Assembly: GCA_963660915.1 (NCBI GenBank)
Contig: CAVLAO010000001.1
Coordinates: 83,664 to 147,663 of the forward strand
DNA from: Bacteroides sp. CAG:927
GTDB taxonomy: Bacteria; Bacillota; Clostridia; Oscillospirales; Oscillospiraceae
DNA: 64,000 bases
Reading direction: 5' to 3'
The position numbers and the translations under genes were made by a program. The notes under the pieces are model-generated. The model had not been told where the DNA came from. It saw only the letters and a program-made list of their open reading frames with translations, and made no database searches. Numbering within the stretch: position 1 is the stretch's first letter; every line of letters begins with the position of its first letter. Shown piece by piece: positions 37,048-46,614 of the stretch.

Positions 37048-37331
37048 GACTCCGGCGCGTCCGGATCCTCCTTCGGCATTTTCTGATACTGCTCTTCCAG
37101 CCAGTCAATCACCTGCTCTCTGCCGTCCTCCGACAGTGGGAAGCTGCTCTCGTCGATTACTGTACTCTCTTCCAGGCAGAATTCCCCGTACCAAACCAGG
37201 CACTCCAACCGATCCTCATCATTTACCGGTTTGATCCGAAAGCGCAGGCCGAGAAAACTTCCCAGATATGTGTTTCCATTGGTAAAGCTGAGGAGATTGG
37301 GCAGAAAAAAGCTGTGATGTTCCCGCAGCAT
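37044..37331 (-). CDS. Hypothetical 95-aa protein
   Basis: Strong AAGGAGG RBS 8 nt upstream of ATG 37331. MLREHHSFFLPNLLSFTNGNTYLGSFLGLRFRIKP... with an acidic C-terminus. No family recognised. Confidence 0.55.
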   Translation of the reverse strand: MLREHHSFFLPNLLSFTNGNTYLGSFLGLRFRIKPVNDEDRLECLVWYGEFCLEESTVIDESSFPLSEDGREQVIDWLEEQYQKMPKEDPDAPES

Positions 37332-37478
37332 GTTCCTCGCCTCCTTATTCCGTTTTTTCTTATTTTATACCTGATGTCCGCAAATACGCAAGGGACTTTA
37401 TTCTGTCAACCTTGACATTTCGTTGCTTTTTGCTATGATGAAATCATAGCATTCTAAAAGGAAAGAGGTGTGCCTCCC

Positions 37479-38120
37479 ATGACACGGGACGAAGCCTTTG
37501 AGTTTTTAGACCGAACGGCCCGCGGCATTGCAGAAACCTTCGGTTCTTCCTGCGAAACGTTGGTGCAGGACATGGACCTCCCCTCTCACCCCATTCTCTC
37601 TATTTACAACGGGCAGGTATCCGGCCGGGAGGTAGGTTCTACGCTGGACATTCTCGGCAGCAGCCGCGAGTTGGATGACGACGCTTTGAAAACTGACTTT
37701 GTCAACCTCTACGCCACTACCCCTTCCGGACAGCAGATCAAGTCGTCCACTTTCCACCTGATGGGAGAGGACTATAATCTGGCGCTTGGCATCAACTACG
37801 ACTTCACTTCATTGGTCTACGCCAATCGCATTCTGGTTGACCTGATGAGCGCCGACTCGGATCTTCAGTCCGCAATGTGGCGTGGCGGCGACGATCGATT
37901 GGGCGAAATTTTTGACGAATGTCTCGCCGCTGTCGGAAAGCCCGCCAACGCTCTGAACAAAGCCGACCGCATGAAGATCATTTCTCTGTTGGAGCAAAAG
38001 GCCGCCTTTTCCTTCCGCAAAAGCGTTCCCTATATCTCTCAGCGGTTGGGTGTAAGCCGCTATACCGTCTATAAATATTTAAATGAATATGCTGCAAGAA
38101 AAGAGGAAATTGAACCATGA
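37479..38120 (+). CDS. YheO-like transcriptional regulator (PAS-like sensor plus C-terminal HTH)
   Basis: Start at MTRDEAFEFLDRTARGIAETFG (ATG 37479, GAGGTG RBS). ...CETLVQDMD...HPILSIYNGQVSGREVGS... and the C-terminal ...SVPYISQRLGVSRYTVYKYLNE. Confidence 0.7.
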   Translation: MTRDEAFEFLDRTARGIAETFGSSCETLVQDMDLPSHPILSIYNGQVSGREVGSTLDILGSSRELDDDALKTDFVNLYATTPSGQQIKSSTFHLMGEDYNLALGINYDFTSLVYANRILVDLMSADSDLQSAMWRGGDDRLGEIFDECLAAVGKPANALNKADRMKIISLLEQKAAFSFRKSVPYISQRLGVSRYTVYKYLNEYAARKEEIEP

Positions 38121-39520
38121 GCACCAATGCGCAAATCAATGCTTGGTTTGAAAACCGCGAGGACGAATTTGTCGCCGCTCTTTCCCCCCTGATCGCTGTG
38201 GATTCCACCACCGGTTCCCCCGCTCCCGGCGCTCCCTTCGGTGCCGGTCCGGCAGAGGCACTGGAGAAAGCTTTGGCCCTGGCAAATGATTGGGGACTGA
38301 TCTGCGGAGAGGACGACGGCTATGTCGGGACAGTAGATTTGAACGATCTTCCAGATCAGCTCCACATTCTGGCTCATTTGGATGTGGTCGGTGTCGGTGA
38401 GGGCTGGCACACAGATCCCTTTACCCTGGTTCGCAGCGGAAACCTGATTTACGGCCGCGGCGTAGACGATGACAAAGGCCCCGCTGTGGCCGCCCTGATG
38501 GCCATGCGGTGCGTGAAAGAGCTTGGTCTGCCGCTGAAAAAAAATGCAAAGCTGATTCTCGGCACGGATGAAGAAACCGGCTCCCGGGACATCGCCCACT
38601 ATTATGCTCATCATCCTTATGCGCCCAATGCCGTGACTCCGGACTCCGATTTTCCTGTCACCAACATCGAAAAAGCGCGCTATGCGCCGGAATTTTCCGC
38701 CGTTTTCACCGTTGTATCCACCACATCTCCTCGACTGCTGTCGGTAAACGGCGGCATCCGCGCCAACGTTGCTCCGGGGGAATGCCACGCGGAAATCGCC
38801 GGCCTGCACAGAGAAGAATGCGCGGAGATCTGTGCTCTGGCAGAGCACAAATCCGGTGTCCATTTTGACCTGATTGACGAGGCAGACAAACTGATTCTGG
38901 TCGCACGGGGAACAGAAGCCCATGCTTCTGCTCCGGACGAAGGCAAAAACGCCATCACCGCTCTTCTCGGTGTGCTGTGCGCCCTGCCTCTGGCAGAAAC
39001 GCCGGCGCTGACGGCAGCACGGCATCTTCATTGGTTGTTCCCCTTCGGCGACAATGCCGGTCACGCTTTGGGCATTGCTCAGGAGGATGCACTCAGCGGT
39101 CCTTTGACCCTGACCTTCTCGGTCCTCCATCTGGATGAAGCCGGATTTTCGGCGCAATTTGACGCCCGCGCCCCATTGTGCGCTACAAAAGAAAATTGTT
39201 TGGACGTGGTGGAGCAAACCTTCTCCAAGCTTGGTTGGACTTGCACCGGTCAAATGAGTCAGGTGCACATGGTGGATGCCGACTCCGACTTTATCCGCAC
39301 TCTTCTGAAAAGCTATGAGCACTTCAGCGGAAGAACCGGCCATTGTGAAGCCATCGGCGGCGGCACCTATGTGCACGAAATTCCCGGCGGTGTCGCCTTC
39401 GGCGCCGGAGATCGCGACTTCGATTCCCACCTCCACGGTGCGAACGAATGTGCCCGCCTGAGTCAGCTTTTGATGTGCGGCAGAATTTATGCCAGCATTA
39501 TCGCGGAGCTTTGCGGTTAA
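38117..39520 (+). CDS. pepV: M20-family dipeptidase (PepV/Sapep-like)
   Basis: 467 aa with an ATGA overlap with the regulator gene. ...ILAHLDVVGVGEGWHTDPF...GRGVDDDKGPAVAAL...GTDEETGS... metal-ligand pattern. The gene symbol is a family-level guess. Confidence 0.75.
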   Translation: MSTNAQINAWFENREDEFVAALSPLIAVDSTTGSPAPGAPFGAGPAEALEKALALANDWGLICGEDDGYVGTVDLNDLPDQLHILAHLDVVGVGEGWHTDPFTLVRSGNLIYGRGVDDDKGPAVAALMAMRCVKELGLPLKKNAKLILGTDEETGSRDIAHYYAHHPYAPNAVTPDSDFPVTNIEKARYAPEFSAVFTVVSTTSPRLLSVNGGIRANVAPGECHAEIAGLHREECAEICALAEHKSGVHFDLIDEADKLILVARGTEAHASAPDEGKNAITALLGVLCALPLAETPALTAARHLHWLFPFGDNAGHALGIAQEDALSGPLTLTFSVLHLDEAGFSAQFDARAPLCATKENCLDVVEQTFSKLGWTCTGQMSQVHMVDADSDFIRTLLKSYEHFSGRTGHCEAIGGGTYVHEIPGGVAFGAGDRDFDSHLHGANECARLSQLLMCGRIYASIIAELCG

Positions 39521-39521
39521 T

Positions 39522-40790
39522 ATGAGTCATACTGCAGAATTGATTGCCGTCGGAACCGAACTGCTTCTGGGCAGTATTGCCAACACCGACGCCCAGGACA
39601 TCTCCAGAGAACTGTCCACCATTGGCATTAACGTATACTATCACACCGTCGTAGGCGACAACCCCCAACGTCTGCGCTCTGCTGTGGAAATCGCCCGCAA
39701 CCGCGCTGACCTGATTATCACCACCGGCGGACTTGGCCCCACCTGCGACGACCTGACCAAAAATGTACTGGCCAAGGTATTTGGCCGCAAACTGGTCTTT
39801 CATCCGGAATCCGCTCAGCGGATTCGGGATTACTTTGCCCGCTCCGGTCGGGAGATGACAGACAATAACCTCCAGCAGGCCATGCTTCCGGAGGGCTGCA
39901 CGGTTCTTTCCAACGACTGGGGAACCGCTCCGGGCTGTGCCTGGAAACAGGACGGCACAACCGTTCTGATGTTGCCCGGACCGCCGAGAGAGTGCGGCGC
40001 CATGCTTCGCCACCGGGTGCTGCCCTATCTGGCAAAGGAAGGGGAAGGCACCATTCTCTCCCGCACTCTATGCCTGTTTGGCATCGGAGAATCCGCTATG
40101 GAAGCCCGGCTGCGGGAGCGAATGAACTCCATGCACAACCCCACCCTTGCGCCCTATGCCAAGGAGGGCTCTACAGAACTGCGCATTACCGCTAAGGCCG
40201 CCACGGAATCGGATTGTCAAGCCCTGATCGCCCCCATAGAAGCAGAGCTCCGCAAAGAGTTCGGCGACCTGATTTACGGCGTTGACATCAAGGATCTGGC
40301 TCATGCCGCCTGCGGCGAACTAATTCGACAGAGCGTGACCCTTGCCACTGCAGAAAGTTGCACCGGTGGCATGATTGCCGGCCGCATCACCGATATTTCC
40401 GGCGTGTCCGCCGTGTACAAAGGCGGCGTTGTGTGCTACACCAACGAAGTGAAACGGAACGCCGTCGGCGTGCCGCAAACTCTTCTGGACACTTATTCCG
40501 CCGTATCTCCTGAAGTTTGCCGTGCACTGGCAGAAGGCATCCGCACCCGCATGGGCAGTGACCTCGGACTGAGCGTCACCGGCGTGGCAGGTCCCGGCGC
40601 CGATGATCTGGGGCATCCCGAGGGGCTGATTTATGTCGGTCTGTCTGATGGCCGCCACACCTGGGTGCGCACTCTGCACCTGTCTGGAGGACGGGGCAGA
40701 AACCGCAACATGACTTGTCATCATGGATTTGACCTGGTTCGCCGTTGGCTGAACCGACTGGATATGCAGGCAGAAAAATTTGAAATTTAA
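39522..40790 (+). CDS. cinA: Competence/damage-inducible protein CinA (MoCF-binding domain plus PncC-type NMN amidohydrolase)
   Basis: Start at MSHTAELIAVGTELLLGSIANTDAQ (ATG 39522), 1 nt after the pepV stop. C-terminal ...LATAESCTGGMIA... Confidence 0.9.
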   Translation: MSHTAELIAVGTELLLGSIANTDAQDISRELSTIGINVYYHTVVGDNPQRLRSAVEIARNRADLIITTGGLGPTCDDLTKNVLAKVFGRKLVFHPESAQRIRDYFARSGREMTDNNLQQAMLPEGCTVLSNDWGTAPGCAWKQDGTTVLMLPGPPRECGAMLRHRVLPYLAKEGEGTILSRTLCLFGIGESAMEARLRERMNSMHNPTLAPYAKEGSTELRITAKAATESDCQALIAPIEAELRKEFGDLIYGVDIKDLAHAACGELIRQSVTLATAESCTGGMIAGRITDISGVSAVYKGGVVCYTNEVKRNAVGVPQTLLDTYSAVSPEVCRALAEGIRTRMGSDLGLSVTGVAGPGADDLGHPEGLIYVGLSDGRHTWVRTLHLSGGRGRNRNMTCHHGFDLVRRWLNRLDMQAEKFEI

Positions 40791-40793
40791 TGC

Positions 40794-40832
40794 AAAGACC
40801 GCCGCAGAACCAAATCTGCAGCGGTCTTTTTT
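40794..40832. terminator. Bidirectional intrinsic terminator between cinA and the RND gene
   Basis: AAAGACCGCCGCAGA / loop / TCTGCAGCGGTCTTT (one mismatch) followed by TTT; an A-tract lies on the other side. Confidence 0.8.
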
Positions 40833-40849
40833 CAATTCAGGAAGGAAAT

Positions 40850-43800
40850 TTATCGGTTGGCAAGAAACTCTGCCGCGTCGTCCGGAGCGTCATCCAAGTC
40901 GTCTCCCACATCCACCTGTTTGGGTTTGCGGCGGTAGAGCAAATCATACATAACCGGCACGACAAACAGCGTCATCAAAGTGGCATAGGCAAGGCCCCCT
41001 GCCACTACCACTGCCATGCCGCGGCTCATGTTTGCGGTAATATCCTGACTGAACATCATCGTCCCCATAGCCAGAATTGTGGTCAGCGCCGTCATCAGAA
41101 TCGGGCGCAGTCGGGTTTTTCCGGTTGCAATCAGCGCTTCTCTTTTTCCCATTCCGCCCAATCGAAGCTGGTTAGTGTAATCCACGAAAACAATGCCATT
41201 GTTGACTACAGTTCCCATCAGCACAAGGAAACCAAGCAGACTGACCATACTGAGCTGATCTCCGGAAATAACCAGTCCCAACAGACCGCCGGTAAAGGCC
41301 AGAGGAATGGTGAACAGAATAATAAACGGGCTGAGCAAACTCTGGAACTGCGCCACCATCACCAGATAAACCAGCACCAGTCCCAGCGCAAGAAGCTGGA
41401 TCATCTGGGTCAGCATATCTGTTACCTGTTCTACCTCACCGCCCATGGAGACGGTATAGCCCTCCGGCAGAGAATAGAGATCCAATTGACTCTGCACCTG
41501 CTCGGAAAGACGGGTGGTATTATAGCCATCCTCGGTCGTCGCCGTCACCGTGACCACATGGGAACCATTTTCCCGGCTGATGGAGCTCATACCGGCAGCA
41601 TACTCCACCTCGGCAAATTCACTCAGCTTATGCTCCTCGGTGGCTGCGTTACCGTCCTCATCGGTGGTATTGACCGTGAAGGTCATATCCATCAGATTTT
41701 CCACTGTCAATGCGTCACTTTCATCCACAATTTTCACATCGACCTGTTGGTCATCTAACGTCAGCGTGGTGGAGGTCTTTTCTGTGGTCAGACGGCTGGA
41801 AATGTCCGAATAGATCTGTGCCGCAGTCAATCCCACCCGAGCCGCGGCATCCCGGTCAATTGCGAGATGAATGACTTCATCCGCCTCTTCCTGACCATCG
41901 GACACATCGGTAAATCCATCTACCGCTGCAACCATTTCCTTTACATCGTTTGCAATTTCCATCAGTTGGTCCAGATCCTGTCCGGAAATCTGCACGGTCA
42001 GTCCGCTGGACATCATGGCCGTCATATCACCGGCAGACGAGGCATCCACCTCTACGGTGCATCCGGTCTCTCCCTCGAAAAGTGCGGTGATTTTCTCTTG
42101 AACCGCCGAGATCTTGTCCGTTTTATCCATATCATCGGACAAAACCAGATAATAGGTATAGTCCTGATAATCGTTCCCTGCCGCGCTCATAGCGGTGCTC
42201 ATCAAACTGCTCATATTCGTCATAGCACCCACTTGCTCGACTCCGTCGACCTGCATCAGTTTTTCTGTAATCGCATCCGCCTTGGCGTAACATTCTTCCT
42301 GAGACAGGTCATCATCCATTGTTACCTGCACATAGAGTTGGTCGCTGTTCATGGCAGGGATCATCACAATACCCATCCGCGCCACCAAGACAATGGCCAC
42401 AGCCAGCAGCACCGCCGCCGCTCCCAACGGAACTGCTTTCCGCTTCAGGCAAAACGCCAGCACCTTCCCATATCCATTTTGCACCTTTTCCAGAAGCCGA
42501 TCCTGTTTGGGCTGTGCCCTGCGAAGCAGAACGCTGCCCATGGTCGGTGCAACCGTCAATGCCACCACCAGACTCGCCAACAGCGCATAGGAAATAGTCA
42601 GGGCAAAGGGCAGCATCAGTTCCCGCACCATGCCGGTAGTGAAAATCATCGGCAGAAAAACACAAATCGTAGTCAAGGTAGAGGAGACAATTGCTCCGGT
42701 CACCTGCTTGGCACCCTGCACCGCCGCTCTTGGTGCCGGAAGGCCTCTGGCCCGCAGGCGATAAATGTTTTCAACCACTACAATGGAGTTATCCACCAGC
42801 ATGCCTATACCAAGGGCCAGACCGGACATGGACATCATGTTCAGCGTAATTCCGGTGAAATACATTACAAGTACTGCTACCAGTACACTGAAAGGAATCG
42901 AGAAGGCCACCACTAACGTGGGGCGGACACTGCGCAAAAATACTGCCAGCACCAGAATCGCCAGAATTGCGCCAAAAATAATATTACTCAGAATCGAGTT
43001 GATGAAAATTTTTATATAGTCGCCCTGATCCATCAGCACAGTAATGTGCAGATTTGGGTTTTCCTGCTCCAATTGCTCAATGGCGGCGTTGCAGGTTTTT
43101 GAAACATCGCTGGTTCCGGCGGTACTGGCCTTATAAATACTCAGCAAAACCGCATCCCGTCCATCCATGCGGACATAGCTGTCGGCCGAATTGTCGATCA
43201 TCATAACAGAGGCCACATCTTCCAGTGTGATATCTCCAATACCGTCAATACTGGTAAGTACCATACTCTTCAGCTGATCAACGCTCTCCAGTTCGTCGCC
43301 GACCTTCAACAGCCACTGATGATTGTCTTCGTCATCAATATAACCGGCTGGCATGGAAAAGTTCTGGGCATAGATCAAGGACGACAGGGTGTCCAAACTG
43401 ACCAGCTGATCCAGGTTCGCACTCTTCAGCGCCTGATCCCGTGCGGAATTGTAATTTTCTCTTGCCTCGTCCAGCTGTGTCTGGGCATCCGTCAACGCCG
43501 TTGCATTGGAAGAAATCTGGGCACTGGCTGCGCCAAAAGCTGCAGCCGCTGTCATTTTTCCCGACTCCAACGCGGAATAATTGTCCAACGCACCTTGAAC
43601 AGCAGAATTGACTGTATCCAAAACTGCCTGACTGGCAGCAATCTCTGTGGTCAGGTTGGCAAGCTCGGTTTCAATCTGTGGAATTCGGGTCATCACAATA
43701 TTCTGCATCTGCTGAAGGTTTTCTGCCGTCAGCATAGCCGCCGTTTCCTCCTGTCCGGCCGCAGTCAGCATTTGAACTGCCATCGCCAGCTTGTCCGGAT

Positions 43801-44767
43801 TGGCGATGGCATCCGCCACGTCCATTGGCAGTGCCTCTGCCATCGCTCCCGCTCCGGCACGCAGCTGACCAAACAGTGCATTCATCTGATCATAGCTGTC
43901 TTCGATCCCTGCCTGCTGATACGCATCCAGTTCTGTCTGCAGGGCGGTTTGATTTGCCTGCTGACTGGTGAGGATCGCGGAATAAGCCGACTGAGTGGCA
44001 AGCGCTTCATTCATCTGCCGGGTCAACTCACCCATCTGCTGGGTCTGCTGGCTTTGCTGCTCCTCCAGCTGCTGCTGCCCACTCTCCAGCTGCGCTTTTC
44101 CGCTGTCAATCTGGCTCTGCGCGTCGTCCAACTGTTCCCGTGCCTCCGCCAGCTGATCGTTCACTTTTGCCGCCAATCGATCATTCAAGGCATCGACTTT
44201 ATCCTGATCCAGCCGCACCTCTACCATTTGCTCCACCAAACCCAGGGTAGACACGCTGGCCACACCGGACTGCCGCTGAAAATAAGGTGACAACGTGTCG
44301 TTGACATAGTCCGTCAACTCATAGACATCCATGTCGGAGCGATCCGCCGCCACGTACATGGTTGCCATCATATCCAGACTGATTTCCATCACGCTGGGCG
44401 TCCCTGCCAGATCCGGAAGACTGCTTTCCACCCCGTCCAGTGCAGAGTTGACCTTCACGAGGGCGGAATCCATGTCTGTGTCCTCTTCAAACTCCAGCAT
44501 CACCATGCTGTAGTTTTCCGCGCTGGTGGAAGTGACATTTTTTACGCCATTCACAGTGCCCACCGCATTTTCCATCGGCTGAGTGACTTCCTGTTCCACT
44601 TTTTCCGGACTGGCACCCGGATACGTGGTAACCAGCACCAGATAGGGAGTGGAAATTGCGGGCAGCAAATCCGTAGTCATTTTTGTCAAACTGACCGCTG
44701 CCAGCATCAGAACAATAATTACCGCAACAAAGGTGGTAAATGGTTTTTTGACGCTTTGTTTTATCAT
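40850..44767 (-). CDS. RND-superfamily efflux permease (AcrB/HAE1-like) with a roughly 260-aa coiled-coil insertion in the first extracytoplasmic loop
   Basis: I start at MIKQSVKKPFTTFVAVIIVLMLAAV (ATG 44767, GGAAGAGAGG RBS), giving 1305 aa. It has a 12-TM RND pattern (...GLALGIGMLVDNSIVVVENI..., ...VLMGTVVNNGIVFVDY...). Residues about 195-455 are Q/A/L/E-rich heptad-like sequence. Confidence 0.85.
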   Translation of the reverse strand: MIKQSVKKPFTTFVAVIIVLMLAAVSLTKMTTDLLPAISTPYLVLVTTYPGASPEKVEQEVTQPMENAVGTVNGVKNVTSTSAENYSMVMLEFEEDTDMDSALVKVNSALDGVESSLPDLAGTPSVMEISLDMMATMYVAADRSDMDVYELTDYVNDTLSPYFQRQSGVASVSTLGLVEQMVEVRLDQDKVDALNDRLAAKVNDQLAEAREQLDDAQSQIDSGKAQLESGQQQLEEQQSQQTQQMGELTRQMNEALATQSAYSAILTSQQANQTALQTELDAYQQAGIEDSYDQMNALFGQLRAGAGAMAEALPMDVADAIANPDKLAMAVQMLTAAGQEETAAMLTAENLQQMQNIVMTRIPQIETELANLTTEIAASQAVLDTVNSAVQGALDNYSALESGKMTAAAAFGAASAQISSNATALTDAQTQLDEARENYNSARDQALKSANLDQLVSLDTLSSLIYAQNFSMPAGYIDDEDNHQWLLKVGDELESVDQLKSMVLTSIDGIGDITLEDVASVMMIDNSADSYVRMDGRDAVLLSIYKASTAGTSDVSKTCNAAIEQLEQENPNLHITVLMDQGDYIKIFINSILSNIIFGAILAILVLAVFLRSVRPTLVVAFSIPFSVLVAVLVMYFTGITLNMMSMSGLALGIGMLVDNSIVVVENIYRLRARGLPAPRAAVQGAKQVTGAIVSSTLTTICVFLPMIFTTGMVRELMLPFALTISYALLASLVVALTVAPTMGSVLLRRAQPKQDRLLEKVQNGYGKVLAFCLKRKAVPLGAAAVLLAVAIVLVARMGIVMIPAMNSDQLYVQVTMDDDLSQEECYAKADAITEKLMQVDGVEQVGAMTNMSSLMSTAMSAAGNDYQDYTYYLVLSDDMDKTDKISAVQEKITALFEGETGCTVEVDASSAGDMTAMMSSGLTVQISGQDLDQLMEIANDVKEMVAAVDGFTDVSDGQEEADEVIHLAIDRDAAARVGLTAAQIYSDISSRLTTEKTSTTLTLDDQQVDVKIVDESDALTVENLMDMTFTVNTTDEDGNAATEEHKLSEFAEVEYAAGMSSISRENGSHVVTVTATTEDGYNTTRLSEQVQSQLDLYSLPEGYTVSMGGEVEQVTDMLTQMIQLLALGLVLVYLVMVAQFQSLLSPFIILFTIPLAFTGGLLGLVISGDQLSMVSLLGFLVLMGTVVNNGIVFVDYTNQLRLGGMGKREALIATGKTRLRPILMTALTTILAMGTMMFSQDITANMSRGMAVVVAGGLAYATLMTLFVVPVMYDLLYRRKPKQVDVGDDLDDAPDDAAEFLANR

Positions 44768-44867
44768 AGAGGCCTCTCTTCCGGAACTTGATTTTTTATC
44801 GCGCACCAAAGCAACATTACCACAATCAAAAAACAAAATCAATCACGTCTGCGAAATGATTTCCTGC

Positions 44868-44903
44868 AAAAAAAAATCCTCCCCGGCAAAAGCCGGGGAG
44901 GAT
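44868..44903 (-). terminator. Intrinsic terminator of the cupin-SDR unit
   Basis: Minus-strand RNA: AUCCUCCCCGGC / UUUU / GCCGGGGAGGAU followed by UUUUUUUU. Confidence 0.9.
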
Positions 44904-44927
44904 AAATTCGTGCTTTTCTGATGAAAA

Positions 44928-45800
44928 TCAGGACGTAGCAACCAAGCCGCCATCGGGATAGATGGAAGCAGCGGTGACCATGTCGGAAGCAGCAGAAGCC
45001 AGGAAGATAGCCGGGCCGACAACGTCGATCTCATAGCCGATACGCTGAGCGGGCAGAGAAGCGGCGATGTTGTTGCGGACGTTCTCATCGGGAGGCAGAA
45101 TACCAACCATCATGGGAGTATAGGTGATGGTGGGCCCGATCAGGTTGACCTGGATGTTAGGACGCAGGTCAGCAGCAAAGGCCTTGGTCAGCATCTCGAC
45201 AGCACCCTTGGTGGTGTTGTAGGGCACGTTGCCGCCGCCGCCGTTTGCAACGGCGCGGATACCACGGACAGAACCGAAGTTGATGATCTTGCCGTAGCCC
45301 TTGTTGGTGTTGGGCTGGCCGGGAACGATCTCGACGGGCTCGTCGCCGTCCAGATTGTTGTTCTTCATCCAGTTGCCGAAGTACTTGCAGGTCAGCATCA
45401 GAGAAGTGATGTTGGTGTGCAGCATCTTCTCAAAGTAGTCGGTCTCGATCTCATAGGACCACATCTTCTTGTTGATGCCCTGAGCGTTGACCAGAATGTC
45501 GCAGCCGCCCAGACCGTCAGCACCGGTGACGACCTCAACAGCGTGCTTGACGAACTCTTCGTCGCCGGCATCGCCAGCCAGGTACATGACCTTCACGCCA
45601 GCAGCGGCCTTAGCCTGAATGCGGGCAACAGCAGCCTGCAGCTTCTCCTCGCTACGGGAAGAAATGCAGACGGAGCAGCCGTTAGCGGCATAACCCTCAG
45701 CAATGGCCTCGCCGAAACCGCCGGCGCCGCCGAAAATCATAGCTTTCTTGCCGGCGATATCGAACATCTTGGTCAGATCGCCAGAATAAACTTTAGGCAT
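44928..45800 (-). CDS. Short-chain dehydrogenase/reductase (SDR) family oxidoreductase
   Basis: I start at MPKVYSGDLTK (ATG 45800, AAAGGAG RBS 8 nt upstream). GGAGGFGEAIA cofactor motif and a ...YNTTKGA... YxxxK catalytic motif. It has an unusual roughly 25-aa insertion (NNLDGDEPVEIVPGQPNTNKGYG). Confidence 0.8.
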   Translation of the reverse strand: MPKVYSGDLTKMFDIAGKKAMIFGGAGGFGEAIAEGYAANGCSVCISSRSEEKLQAAVARIQAKAAAGVKVMYLAGDAGDEEFVKHAVEVVTGADGLGGCDILVNAQGINKKMWSYEIETDYFEKMLHTNITSLMLTCKYFGNWMKNNNLDGDEPVEIVPGQPNTNKGYGKIINFGSVRGIRAVANGGGGNVPYNTTKGAVEMLTKAFAADLRPNIQVNLIGPTITYTPMMVGILPPDENVRNNIAASLPAQRIGYEIDVVGPAIFLASAASDMVTAASIYPDGGLVATS

Positions 45801-45864
45801 AGTAATTACTCCTTTACTCACGTTTTATTCATCTAATCCGCAGTGCGGACAGAGGAATCAAAAA

Positions 45865-46230
45865 TCAGGCCTGAGGAGGCAGCAGGGTAACCAGCATCTT
45901 GGTTACGGTGGTGCCGTTGTTGGTCACGCTCTTGGGGCAGCCGCCGCAGCAATGGAAGCTGTCGCCAGCATGCAGAACAGTCTCGCCGTCCTCGGTCTTC
46001 AGGGTCATCTCACCCTCCAGAATGTAGTAAATGGACTCCAGAGGATTTGCGCCGTAGTCGCATCCGCCGCCCGGAACGAAATAGGTGATGCCCTGAATCA
46101 TCTTGCCGCCGTCAACGTCAGCAGGATCATGCAGACGGGTGGGGACACACTCGTTGTGGCCGGGAGCAGTGTAGGTGTAGACAGTGCTGCCCTCAACGCC
46201 CTTGGCTCTCTGAACTTTGTACTGTGCCAT
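45865..46230 (-). CDS. Cupin-domain protein
   Basis: 121 aa. ...GITYFVPGGGCDYGANPLESIYYILEGEMTLKTEDGETVLHAGDSFHC... (two-motif cupin barrel). Confidence 0.75.
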   Translation of the reverse strand: MAQYKVQRAKGVEGSTVYTYTAPGHNECVPTRLHDPADVDGGKMIQGITYFVPGGGCDYGANPLESIYYILEGEMTLKTEDGETVLHAGDSFHCCGGCPKSVTNNGTTVTKMLVTLLPPQA

Positions 46231-46432
46231 GATAATGACTTCCTTTCAAAATCAGATTGGAAATAGGTTAACGGGCGAACCCCTCAAAGATCAACCCGAT
46301 GAACTACCATGCTCAGTTTAGCACACCCCTACAAGGATTGCAAGTGGATTTGGCATTTTTTCTGCCCCTTTGGTCGTTGGTTTTTCGTCTCATGGACAGA
46401 GAAAATTTTCTCCGTTTTTTGTTTATATCGAC

Positions 46433-46476
46433 GAAAAAACCGCTAAAAGCGCTCAAATTTCGGCGTTTTTAGCGGT
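46433..46476 (-). terminator. Intrinsic terminator downstream of the MFS gene
   Basis: Minus-strand RNA: ACCGCUAAAAACGC / loop / GCGCUUUUAGCGGU followed by UUUUUUCG, about 140 nt after the MFS stop. Confidence 0.65.
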
Positions 46477-46614
46477 CTGAATTGGAAATTATTTTCCAGT
46501 GCGTTTTCGATTGATTCAAGGGAGCGTCACAAAAAGTTTACATAGAAAAAAAGAACATCTGCAGCAGCATTTTTCTTTTCCACATTCTTCTTGATGAGCC
46601 AGCACCTCAACCGG

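Noticed and set aside
38069-39436. 455-aa minus-strand ORF, and 39498-40013 / 40320-40835
   Set aside because: They are antisense to the pepV-like gene and cinA, with shadow-ORF composition.
41867-44290. Plus-strand ORFs of 349 aa and 323 aa inside the RND gene
   Set aside because: They are antisense to the RND permease and are His/Gln/Arg-rich nonsense-like products.
46231-46614. 384-bp gap between the cupin and MFS genes, examined for a small gene or riboswitch
   Set aside because: It holds only a 26-codon ORF without an RBS, and one hairpin that fits as the MFS terminator (46433-46476). I saw no conserved riboswitch core motifs.
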